The position numbers and the translations under genes were made by a program. Positions 13,155-25,500 of a stretch of DNA of 64,000 nucleotides are shown in pieces. How positions within the stretch are numbered: the stretch's first letter is position 1; each line of letters opens with the position of its first letter. Origin of the DNA: Piromyces finnis finn (Eukaryota; Fungi; Neocallimastigomycota); the NCBI GenBank assembly GCA_002104945.1, contig MCFH01000082.1:1-64000 (forward strand), written 5' to 3'. The notes beneath the pieces were generated by a model. That model saw only the letters and a program-made list of their open reading frames with translations. It was not told where the DNA came from and did no database searches.

Positions 13155-13696
13155 TTTTTTTTTGACTTCTGAGTGTATTTCTTTCGTCAATCGGAGTTAG
13201 CCTCAATGGTTGTTCTTAAAGAAACGTTGAATTATTTCTACTGCTAGGTGGTTGTGACCTCCCTGATCTGTCATATTGTATCTTCAGCTTCGACGTTCAC
13301 TTAATCCATGTATATTAGATACATATCGTTGTGCGATATTTCACAATTACAATGCTAAGCCTCTTATAGTCAACGTGATCACGTGACAACAGCCACATAA
13401 TGCTTACACTTAAATTGATTAAGGTATATTGTGTGTTTTTAGCATAGCCTAAGTCATCACTTATTAAATTCTAATTTCGAATGTACCATATACAATTGAC
13501 CTTTTAAAGCCGGCTAGACGAGTGTTATTATCATAGTAGTAAATTAAAAAGTTCATTAATACTTACCTGAATATCATAACTCAATCATGAAAAACCAGTG
13601 GGAAAATCCACAGGCACTGACATATGCGGAGTCAAACCAGAAGCCTTATGTATTCTAAAGAAACGCCTTAACAACCAGAATAAAAACTAGAATGAC
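13155..13696 (-). mobile_element. tRNA-derived SINE, copy 2
   Basis: Colinear with 59864-60398 and shares the same 5' start; T9 run on the plus strand is the A tail; no clear TSD. Confidence 0.85.
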
Positions 13697-14653
13697 TATT
13701 TAATAAAACTGAATTAAGAACTTTAAATAATACTAGCATATTTATATATTTGAGGATTAATATATATAATATATAAATAATGTAGAATATTTATATATTA
13801 TAATAATTAAAATAGTTAATTGGTTTTAAAATACTAATTAAAAATTTAAAAAATAATGATTGAATAAAATTTTTTAATTCTTTAATTTTCTTTATTTTTG
13901 TATTTTTATTATATTTGATAAAATTTAGTTCAGGATTACTATTCTAAAGTGTTTTCATCCATTAATTATCTATAAATTTCCAATTATTTAATTTAATGCT
14001 GTGATAGTAATTTCTATTTCTATACATATGCAAATCTAATAAAAATCCAAAAAAGTATAATAAAATATTTTACAATATCGTACTAAATACATATGCGCCA
14101 CACCATAAACTATAATTTATTTAAATCAGCCACACAATTTAAATAGAAAATATAAATGCAGAGCCATTAATAGTAATAACGCTGGTAGAAAAAAATCTAC
14201 TTGCAAATTTTAAAATTGAAAAATTTAAATAATTTTAAGTTATAAAAGATATAGAAAATTCCCCATTTTAGAGGGGTCAAAATCGACGCCTCAAAAAAGA
14301 GGAGCATCTTTTCTAGATTATAAAGATATTGATGCCACACAATATACTAAAATGTAATTTAAGCCACAACTAATTATAGATATATTTTATAAACTCATTT
14401 ATAGAAATAAAGAAACTATTAATTTTATTAAAATAAAACGCAAAACAGAATAAATTATTAATTTAATTTTAATGTTGGAATAATAGAACATTGTTTCAAA
14501 TTAAATTAATAATAAAAAATGTTAACCTTGGGATAGCTATGTATTATCAGCGTAAATTTAATATATAAATGAGAAATTATTCGAATTGTTTATTATTCAA
14601 TTTGAAGTATTAATTTTTATTTCCTAAATTAGTTATAGCTAAATATGATTGAA

Positions 14654-15165
14654 GGCCAAAATAACTTATATCATGGTCTTAATATTTTTTAACAGAGGAA
14701 ACAAAAAATACATTGAAAGAATATAACTCTGAAAAATTTAGAAAAAGGATTTATTATTATTATTCAATATTGGTAATAGCTCTTTCATTTGAATATCTAA
14801 ATGTTTTTGTATTATAACATTTCCGTATATAGTGCATAGTGCAAAATATTTTATAATGAGAAAATATAAAAAAAATAAATTTTCAACTTAAGGACAAAAA
14901 TGATATAAGTTATTTTTGTCCTTAATTTGAAAATAACTTATATCTTATATCATGGTCCTATATTTTTAACAGAGGAAACAAAAAATACATTAAAATAATA
15001 TAACTCTGAAAAATTTAGAAAAAGAATTTATTATTATTATTCAATGTTAGTAATAGCTCTTTCATTTGAATATCTAAATGTTTTTGTATTATAACATTTC
15101 TATATATAGTGAATAGTGCAAAATATTGTTATAATGAGAAAATATTAAAAAAACAAATTTTAAAT
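14654..15165. repeat. Approx 230-bp tandem duplication with TIR-like sequences; possible PIF/Harbinger-type MITE
   Basis: 14660-14885 repeated at approx 14931-15165. ggccaaaataacttatatc (14654-14672) is the near inverse of gatataagttatttttgtcc (14902-14921). 14-bp perfect hairpin stem 14888-14925. Confidence 0.5.
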
Positions 15166-15599
15166 TAAGTTAAAAAAAATTAAAGATATAAATACTACTT
15201 CCCAAATATATATATATTTATTAATTTAATTACTTATATTATAATTTTTGATATTTTTAATTATCTTTTTCTAATCGACTATAAATTTCATTAAGAAAAA
15301 TTATTCGTAATATAAACTAATGTCTTTGTTTTAATAGACTTTCTTTATCTACTTTAAGATGACGATAAATAAGTACTTTAACTATTGCAATTTTACAAGT
15401 ACTGTGTGAAACATAAATCATAGGAAATTTCTATCCTATGAATTTTGTAAAATTATGAATTGAAATTGATTTAAATTATGTTTATTTGAAACTTTTAGTA
15501 ATTTCATTGTTGTGAATCTTTCTCTTTATAAAGTATACAATAATTTATATTATCGAAATTTCCTGTGATAATAATATTACTAGGAATTTTAAATAATAA

Positions 15600-16860
15600 T
15601 GTAAAGTTGATATAGAAAGAATATTTTAGAATATTACAATAACACAAAAAATAAAAATAGAAATAAAAAATTGCTTTATAAAATATCTTTTATTATAATA
15701 GAAATTTATTAATAACAATTACATCGATAAAATGATGAAAAATATCTTTTGTTTATATTTTTCCTAAATATATTTATTTTATATTATAACTATTTATTTA
15801 CTATATATTATTAATTAAAACCTATATTAAAATCTTAATTATTAATAAATATTTAAACTATAACTATTTTTGGTAAAATACAATTGGCAATTCAAATTAA
15901 GTACTATTCAATTTGAATATGTATTTTTGATATATTAATCTTTAATAATTATATATTATCTATTTTATTTCTGTAAAATATTAATCTTAAACTAGATTAT
16001 ATATTTAACAATTAACAAATTAAACATAAATAAAAAGTATTTTTTATTAAAAGTGATTACTTCATTAATTATTAGAAATTAGAATATCAATTACATCAAT
16101 CATATTTTAGAAAACTTACAATGTATTTACAATTTTCAATGATTATATTCTAAAATATAATTTTATTTAATAAAATATATATTCAATATAAAATAAACAA
16201 AAATAATCTAAATAAATAATAAAATAATAAATTAAATTAAAACAAATTAAATACACTTTTAATTCATTTTGAGAAGACTCAACATTGAATAAAAGCCATG
16301 TATTATATATAAATTAATTTAATATTATCAATACTATTCGTAATATATTTCCTATTGATATATAAACTAAATCTATTTTATAAAATAATATAAAATTATT
16401 AAATTACACTGAAATTAAATAAAAAATTTATTTATAATCATTTTAAATATTAAAAGTATTAAAATATTAAAAATATTTAAATTTAAACAAAATATTTTTG
16501 GTCCATAAATTTAAATATTTATCTTGATGTAATTTTAACTAAATTATTTCTAAATTAATTTGTTAATATATTCTTCCATAAAATTTATTTGATAAATTTT
16601 ATAAATAATTTTTCTAAGTATTTATTTTATTATTAATTTTTAAATTATCTAGATATATATTTATCTTAACAATTTCTATTGGAAAACAATACTAAAACTA
16701 GAGATTTAAATTGAGAAATTTAATTTATTTGTTAAACATTAAAAATAAATTAATAATTTATTCTATTTTAAACTTTAATTATTAATAAATAAATTATGTT
16801 ACATTTTATTTTTTTTTAATATAATTCGTGTTATCTTAAATAATAATATTTATGGCTTAT
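15600..16860 (-). mobile_element. Family Y LTR split by solo LTR V and cut by LTR X
   Basis: 15600-15971 and 16672-16860 are colinear with 4336-4896. Confidence 0.8.
15972..16671. mobile_element. Solo LTR, family V (700 bp)
   Basis: tgtaaaa...cttaaca; TSD ATTTC (15967-15971 / 16672-16676). Confidence 0.75.
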
Positions 16861-17195
16861 TGTAACGAATACTTGAAATAACTAAACTGTCTTAGTAGTT
16901 AGTAGAAATAGTAAGACAAGAAACATCAGAATTGAGCTCATTCACCAAATGATCACTTCTACGAGACAGGATATCAGGCTTACTGGATTTCTTTTCTGCT
17001 CTATAAATGAGTTTTAAATCAAATCTGGATAAGAACAAATTTCATCTAATTTGTCTCTGAGATAACATCTCAGGTTTTCTAGGAAAAATTAAGTTCTTGT
17101 GATCAGTATAAATTAAGAAAGGATGGCGTGTACCTTCTAAATAATGACGCCATTCTTCAAGAGCAACTATAATAGCTAAAAGTTCTTTATCATAT
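16861..17195 (+). mobile_element. LTR X (5' end related to C/Z LTRs), interrupted by element B
   Basis: Starts tgtaacgaatacttgaaata..gtcttagtagttagtag like Z and C; carries no W insertion. Confidence 0.7.
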
Positions 17196-19436
17196 TGTAA
17201 CGAAGTATATCTATTGATAAGGGTTAGATTAGAAAATCATTAAGGTTAGATTAATGAAAGAAATTATTATTATTATTATATTTCTTTTTTTAACCAAACA
17301 TTAAGTAATTAATTAACTTATCAAATTGTATTAAAAAAATTATTTCTTCATGTATAAAAGAGAATACTAAAGAGAAGATAGTTCTTTAGTGTTTTTATTA
17401 ACAATTAATAAAATTATTTTTTTTTTGTTTTGTCTTTAGTTCGATAATACACTGACTTAGCGAGTTAGTTGTATTATAATAATAAATTTAATAAATAAAA
17501 AATTATTAAAAAAATATATTAGTTACATAATTTAGTGTGTTTATTATTATAATATTTCGTTACAATAAAAACACTCTAAGAAAAAGATCGCTACCTCAGT
17601 GTCTCGTTTATTTGCTTACTTCTAATTTTTTTCATGGATAACTCTGCCGATTTGAAGAACGGTTTTGATGGCAACCATCGCTACCTGAAGGGATTCTTAG
17701 CCAAAATGGACATGATCTTTATGATCCATCCTGAAATAGGAAGGGACGATGGAGAAAAGGTCTTCTACGTCGTTAGCCGCCTCTACGGGGATGCTATGAA
17801 TTGGGCTGCTACCTTGATTAACAACCATGATCCTTGCTTACAGGATTATAGCGCCTTTGTTGGAAAGCTGAAGGCTACTTTTGGTTTTCAGGATATGGTC
17901 TATACTGCCAACCAAAAGCTCAAGAAGATCAAACAGCATGGCCTATCCAACACTCAAGAGTATATCAAGGAATTCAACTACTATGCTGATGAATCCACTT
18001 GGAATGAACAAGCCAAGATGGATGCTTTTGTTGATGGGTTGGACGATATAATCGCCACCCATATCCTTCAGATGTTTCCTGGTCCTTCTACCTTGATAAA
18101 TTTACAAACAATAGCCAGTCGTATAGGGAGTAGATTGGCATGCCATCAAGAGGAAATAAACAGAAATCCAATAGAAGTTTCCGTTCTAAACAAAGCTTCC
18201 AATCCCGCTCCTCAGAAAGATCTACAAGTAAATCCACTCAGCCCAAGAAGGAAAATAATTTTGGCCCCATTTCAAGTGAAGAACGTAGCCGCCGAATGAA
18301 AGAGAATCTCTGCTTATATTGTGGTAAACCTGGTCACCGATTATCTGAATGCCCTATTAGAATCAAAAAGGAAAATCATACTAATAATGCTGGGGTCCAT
18401 GTTTTGAATGAACAAGAAAAATCCACTCGACTTTCGGATAACTCCTCTTTACCTCAAACAGTTATCGATGTTGATGTTGTTCTTCCATATAAATCCGTCG
18501 GAACTAAAGTTCTCTTAGATAGCGGTTCACAGTTCTGTTTGATCGACCACGCATTTGTTAAGGTCCACGAGATCCCTATAATTACCAAAGTAAAATGCCC
18601 ACAAATTATAGGTATCGGAGGTCGCCAAAAGATTATCGGTCAGACTTGGCCTATAACTGTGGAACACATGAATCACTCATGCCAGTTACAATTTTACGTC
18701 GTAGACTTGCCTTCTTACTGTTGTATTCTTGGCTCTGACTGTCTAGTCATTCACAATCCGACTATCAATTTTGCTAGTAAGGACGTTTCCTATCATTCCG
18801 AATACTGTAAAGAAAATTGCTTAAAGAAAGAATCTGTTAATACTACCTCTTCTGAACCTGAAGACCAATCGAAGGGTGAAATGCCAACCGAAAATGCACC
18901 TGAGTACCCTTTTAATGTATTAACTTGCTTAGAAAAACCTGAAGTTGAGTCACCCCAGATTCCAATTCACTACTCTCAGCACTCCAAAGTGTTCGAGGAA
19001 AAGTTCGCTGATAAACTTCCCCCTCATCGCCCGTACGACTGTGAAATCAACCTGAGACCAAATAGCAACTTGTTTTATGGTCCAATCTACCCACTTACCG
19101 AGAAAGAATCAAAGGGATTAGAAGAAACCATTAATGAAAATTTAAAAAAGGGGATTATCCGCAAATCCAAATCGCCCGCTGGTGCTCCCGTTCTGTTTGT
19201 CCCGAAGAAGAGTGGAGAACTTCGTATGTGTATCGACTACCGCCGCTTGAACGAAATCACCATTAGGAACTCGTACCCTCTCCCATTGATCCAAGATATG
19301 TTGGATCATCTAGGAAAAGCCAAGGTGTTTTCGAAGCTAGATCTTCGATCCGCCTACAACTTGGTAAGAATCAAAGAAGGCGATGAATACAAGACCGCCT
19401 TCACCTGTCAATTTGGCCATTTCGAATATCTGATAA
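17196..19436 (+). mobile_element. Gypsy element B: 5' LTR (17196-17564), PBS, gag, PR, N-terminal RT; 3' half missing
   Basis: LTR tgtaacgaa..ttcgttaca; PBS ataaaaacact 17565-17575 complementary to 17388-17398; ORFs 17634-18299 and 18140-19441 with CCHC, LLDSGS and RT motifs. Confidence 0.9.
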
Positions 19437-20473
19437 TGTAAAAAAATGTGTCTTTAACAATAAAACAAATTATAATATTTACTAAATAACTTAGTAATAT
19501 TAACACTTTAAAATATTCTGTAAATTATTAATTTATAAAAATATCATTAAAAACACATAGAATTTAACTTAATAAGTTAGTGTTTAATAATATAATTATT
19601 TATTAATAAAATCTCGATTCTTTAAAATATTTGGGAAAATTCACTCGTATTTATACTAAAAATTTTTTAAATTAAATTTTTTCAACTTAAAATTCTTAAC
19701 CAATCAATAATCTTCATATAAAATAAAATTTAAAAATAAAATAAAATAAAATAAAATCATAATTTTTGTAAGACGATCAACAACAACAAGAATGCAAGTG
19801 AAACCAGAAGATGAAGGCAAATCTGTAATGAAATCCATTGAAATGGATGACCAAGGACGCTCAGCAATATCAAGAGGATTCAGAAGACCATAAGGTTTAT
19901 GACGAAAGGTTTTTGAACGACAACAAACTTCACAAGAACGAACGTAGTCTTTAACATCAGAAGAAATAGAAGGCCACCAGAAGTCTCTAGCAATAAGAGA
20001 AGATGTTTCCTTTATTCCGAAATGACCAGCTAAAGGAGAGTCGTGAAAGAGTTTAAGAATTGAAAGACGACAATTAGGAGGAACATAGATTCTGTCAGTA
20101 AAAAGGAGAAAACTATTGCTTAAGGAAAATTTGTCAATTTGAGAGTGAGGTATTGGAGGTTTCCTACAATCAAGATATTCACAGATTTTATTGTAAAAGT
20201 CATCAATTATATATTCGGAAAGAAAAGAATCACTAATGGACGAAACAGAAGTCACAATGGCACAAAAGTTTTCAGGGCGAAGAACATTAAAAGGAACATC
20301 AGAAGAGGAATTCGAATTGATAGCATAATCAGGACGACGAGATAGAGCATCAGGCTTACCGTTAGAAGAACCAGAACGATAAATAATAACAAAGTTAAAT
20401 TCAGAGAGAAACAAAGCCCAGCGAACAAGACGTTGAGACATTTTTTCAGGTTTCTTTTGATAGAGTAAATTTC
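19437..20473 (-). mobile_element. Gypsy element F (probably Z family): RNase H-integrase fragment fused by deletion to part of a Z-type 3' LTR
   Basis: 19437-19767 is the reverse complement of Z LTR 9290-9625; 19768-20473 encodes RNLLYQKKPEKMSQRLVRWALFLSEF..HDSPLAGH..CEVC..VDRLTK; aaaaat microhomology at the junction. Confidence 0.85.
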
Positions 20474-20914
20474 TGTAAAGATATCAAACGCCTCTGTTTG
20501 ATATCTTTAATGTAACTTAAGCCACAAGTATTATTGTTTAAGTTACACAAATTATATTCAGAAAAAGAAAATGAGACATAATTTATTTATTAATAATTAA
20601 AGTTAAAACAAAATAAATTATTAATTTATTTTTAATGTTTAACAAGTAAATTAATATTCTCAATTTAAATTCCTAGTTTTAGTATTGTTTTTTTATAGAA
20701 ATAGATAAATAATAAATGATTAATATATCAATAATACATGGGCACATATTCAAATTAAATAGTACTTAATTTGAATTGCCAATTGTATTTTACTAAAAAT
20801 AGTTATAGTTTAAATATTTATTAATAATTAAGATTTTAGTGTAGATTTTATATAATAATATATAAGAAATAAATAATTATAATATAATATAAATGTATTT
20901 AGGTGTAACGAATC

Positions 20915-21407
20915 TGTAAAAGGTTTTTATATATATTAGTTAATGGTTAAATATAACAAGTTAATTAAGTTAGTTATTACCTCTCTATACGAGTTAATAA
21001 CTAAATAAAGTTTTATAAAAAATAATAAAAGAACTAAAATAAATATTATAACACAAAAATAAATATAAATAAATAAATATTAATATGAAATATTATTTAC
21101 TTAAATAATTATTATAATTATTATCTTTTATTTATTAGTTATAATTATATACATTAATTATTATTATAGCTATTAATTTACTTTAATACTAACGCTAAAG
21201 TATTTAACGTTAGTTTAGACTATACTATTTAACTATAATAGTTTATTTACTAAACCACTTGATTGGGTGAAGTAAATAAACTTTGTATTTATTTAATAAC
21301 CATTAATATATGGTTATGCATATTTCTGGCCAATAAATGTTAACCAGAATATATGGTTTCAATTGAAATATTTGTGGGCAAACTTATGGCCACAAATATT
21401 TCTTACA
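20915..21407 (+). mobile_element. Solo LTR-like element W, copy 2 (493 bp)
   Basis: tgtaaaagg...ttcttaca; TSD GAATC (20910-20914 / 21408-21412); inserted after nt 11 of the C 5' LTR; absent from the C 3' LTR. Confidence 0.92.
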
Positions 21408-22510
21408 GAATCATAGAAATTAGTAACCTGTCTTAGTGGTTAGTAACTAAGACCTTGGTTTGAACTACTCGAGTTCGAAACCTCATTAATATCTTTTTTT
21501 AATTATTAAAATATTTTATAACGAAATTTTACCAAAGAAGATAATTTCTGATTGGCTTAAAAAATTAAGTTGTAAAATTTTTATAAATTTACTTTTAAAA
21601 ATTTTTATATAAATACGAGTGAAATTTCTCAAAAAATTATTTTTAATTCGAGTTTTTATTAACAAAAAAAATTTATAATAAAAATAAAATTATTAAACAC
21701 TAACCTGTTATAATTTTGTTAAGTGTTTAATAATAAAATTTTTATTTGCTTTTATTATTTTCCTTTTTATATATTTGTGTTTTTATTTATTGAACATTAG
21801 TTCTTTACAATAAAAACTCCTAAAATATATAATAACACCTTAGTGTTTAAAAAAGGAAGAATTTTTAATTTATTAAAAATTAAGTAAGTCAGTGAAGCTT
21901 ATTTTAACAATAAGGGTACTGAAAACAAAAGTAAAACCCACAGTTATTATAAGGGGAGCGCCAGGACGCTTAATTTAATAATAAAGAAAAAATTCATTTT
22001 CTAATAAAACGTTTTCTACTTTTAATAAATAAAATTAAATTTTATTTATTATTTTTTGAAAAATATAATAAAATAACAAAGAAGTTAGGATTCAATAACT
22101 CCCTTAGCGTGGATAGTTGGACACCTATACGTAATACTTTGTTGTTTAGATATTATTAATAATCGGGGAATTAAACCTATTTTTTTCTTTCCGCTTAATT
22201 AAGTAAGTGACAATAAAGAAACTAATACCGTTAATTCCTTTTATTGAAAATTTTCATTTCCAATATTAACAATTGATAATATCTACGTTATCAACAAAGA
22301 GCTACAAGGGACCTAGTATTGAATACTAATAAAATTAAATATTTGATGGTCCAATACTATTTAATTTGACTCTTTGTCTATATTTAAAATATTTTAATCA
22401 ATAAATAATAATAAAGATTTAATTTTTTTTTTCTTTCTTAATTTCTTCAAACATAACTTTATCTTATTTACATAATTTTTATTTTCAAACAATTATATTT
22501 TTTAATTCTA

Positions 22511-25500
22511 ATGGAAGGACAAATATTTGATAACGCCTCACTAAAAGACGGTTTCGCAGGAGACAGAAAATATCTCAAAGGTTTCTTAGCCAAAATAGAA
22601 CTTGTTTTTCTCCTTTATCCCGAAAGATATCAAGATGAAGAGAGCAAGGTTATCTACCTGATTTCTCGCCTTTATGGAAATGCATTAAATTGGGCCGCTA
22701 CGCTTATTGACAACCATGATCCATGTCTGACCAACTACCAAGCATTCAAGGAAAGACTAAAGGCGTTCTATGGGAACAATGATGCAGTCTACGTAGCCAA
22801 TCAAATGCTACGTACTCTCAAGCAACATCGTTTGGGCGGCATCAGAGGATACATCCTTGAATTTAACAAATACTCTGATGAATCTAACTGGAATGAAGAG
22901 GCTAAGATGGATGCTTTTATCGCTGGGCTCAACCAAGAAGTTGCAATGAAGATATTAGAGATGTTCCCAGGACCAAGAGATTTGTTTTCCCTCCAAACTA
23001 TTGCAGCTAGAATAGACTCCAGACTTGCTACCAGGGGATTATTTTTTGACAAAAATTCTAAGGGACCAAGTTCTAATTCCAGCAATGGCTCCAGAAAGGC
23101 TTCCACAAATCTAAAAGAACATCCCAAGAAGAAAAGATACTTTGGTCCGTTATCCAAGGAAGAAAAAGAAAGAAGAAGTAAGGAAAACTTATGTGTCTAT
23201 TGTGGATCTCCAGGACACCAACTGAAAGATTGTCATAAGAGAAGAAATAAAAACTCAGCATTCGAATCTTTAGTTTCTCTACAAAATAATTCTACCAATT
23301 CCAAGAAAAAGCAACAAGATAGGGTAACCTCAGATTTTAAATTATCGTTTGAACTAGACACAAAAATTCTTATAGACTCCGGTTCTACACTTAATCTAAT
23401 AGATGTCGACTATTGCAACGATCACAATATTCCCTACCACTATGAAGAAGATTTACCCAACGTATTCGGTATTGGTGGTAGCCAAAAACTGTTCGAAGTT
23501 ACTCCACCTCTTAATCTTCGCTACATGGATCACCTATGCCGTACTGTCTTTTACGTTACTGATCTACCTGTATATCCTTGTATTCTAGGTCTACGTTGGC
23601 TTAAGGAACATAATCCAAGTATTGATTTTGAAAATAATAAATTATCTTTTGGTTCTTCATATTGCTTGGATCATTGTATGACTCTCCCTTCGAATGTTCC
23701 CGAATTCCATCAGGAAACTTCTGTTTTTTCTACTGATTGCAATAACTCTTCTTCCGTTTCTTTGCCTATTTTTATTGACAAATCTAAATCTTCTTTTTCA
23801 AATTCTAAGTTATCTCATTCTCGTAATCCCAAAGAAAATCATTCTAAATCTGTCTTAATTAACAATGAATCTGTTAACGATCCTTTATCACAAGAGACTT
23901 GTACTGTCATGGCTTCTAATATATCTCTTTCTAAAGTTGACACTTATTCACCAAAAAACTCTCTTAAAGACTCAAATCCTATTACTAAACTTCCGAAGGA
24001 ATTAGAATCATATAGGGACGTCTTTAGCGAATCTTCTGCTGATCAATTACCACCTCATCGTCCTTATGATTGCCAAATAAACCTAATCGAAAATGCCAAG
24101 CTATTTTATGGACCAATCTACCCACTAACAGACGAAGAAACAAGAGTTTTGAAGGATTATATCGATGAAAACCTCAAAAAGGGTTTCATTAGGAAATCCA
24201 AATCTCCTGCTGGTGCGCCTGTACTTTTCGTCCCTAAAAAGAATGGTGAACTCCGTCTTTGTCAAGATTATAGGGAACTCAATAAAATTACCATTAGAGA
24301 TTCCTATCCTCTACCTCTGATTCAAGATATGCTAGAGCATCTTGGTAAAGCGAAAATCTTCTCAAAATTGGATTTACGATCAGCATATAACTTGGTCCGA
24401 ATCAAAAAGGGTGATGAATATAAAACAGCTTTCACCTGCAAATTCGGCCACTTTGAATACCTGGTAATGCCATTCGGACTGAAAAACGCCCCGGCTGTTT
24501 TTCAGCATTTTATCAATGATGTTCTGGAAAATATTCTAGGGATTTTTGTTTATTCATATATTGACGATTTAATTATTTTTTCTGAAAACCATAAATCCCA
24601 CATTAAGCACGTTATCGAAGTCCTGGATCGCTTAAGAAATGCTGGTCTTTATGCTAAGCTTGAAAAGTGTGAATTCTTTGTTTCCTCTATTGATTTCCTT
24701 GGTCATCGTATATCCTCTGAAGGTATACATATGGACCCCAATAAAGTTTCTGCTATTATTAATTGGCCAGTTCCGTCCAGTGTCAAGGAAGTTCAATCTT
24801 TTATTGGCCTAGCCAACTACTATCGTCGGTTTATTCCTAATTTTGCCAAAGTTGCACAACCCCTTCACAGACTACTTCATAAAAACGTTAAATTTGATTT
24901 TTCCTCTGAAGCTCTTGATGCATTTAATACCATTAAATCATTAATTTCATCTGCTCCCATCCTGTCTCATCCAAATCGTGATCTTCCCTTTATTGTTGAA
25001 ACCGACTCTAGCAACTTTGCTATAGGAGCAGTTCTGTCTCAAAAATCTCCTGATGATAAAATGATCCATCCTGTCGCTTTCTATTCAAGATCTCTTACTT
25101 CCGCTGAAAGAAACTATCCTATATACGATAAAGAACTTTTAGCTATTGTTAATGCTCTTGAAACTTGGCGACATTTTCTCAAAGGTGCTTTAACCCCGTT
25201 TACTATTTATTCTGATCATCGAAACTTACTATATCAAAAGAAACCGGAAAAAATGTCACAACGTCTCGTTCGTTGGGCCCTTTTCCTTTCCGAATTTAAC
25301 TTTAAAATTCTCTACCGCTCTGGTTCATCAAATGGTAAACCTGATGCGCTTTCACGAAGACCTGATTATATAGATTCCTCTCTTCCTTCTGATGCTCCTT
25401 TTTCGGTTTTACGCCCTGAGAATTTCTGCGCTTTGATTTGTTCCATTTCTTCTCTTAATGATGAAATATTATCTGAATATGTGAACGACTCTTTTTACAT

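Noticed and set aside
14271-14292. gggtcaaaatcgacgcc piggyBac-like subterminal palindrome
   Set aside because: Single isolated motif, with no TTAA-bounded partner end.
18140-18299. Programmed frameshift in element B gag
   Set aside because: The break lies upstream of the zinc knuckle, where relative C is continuous; likely a mutation.
19437-20473. Inverted continuation of element B
   Set aside because: Better explained as a separate minus-strand element whose integrase was deleted into its own Z-type 3' LTR.
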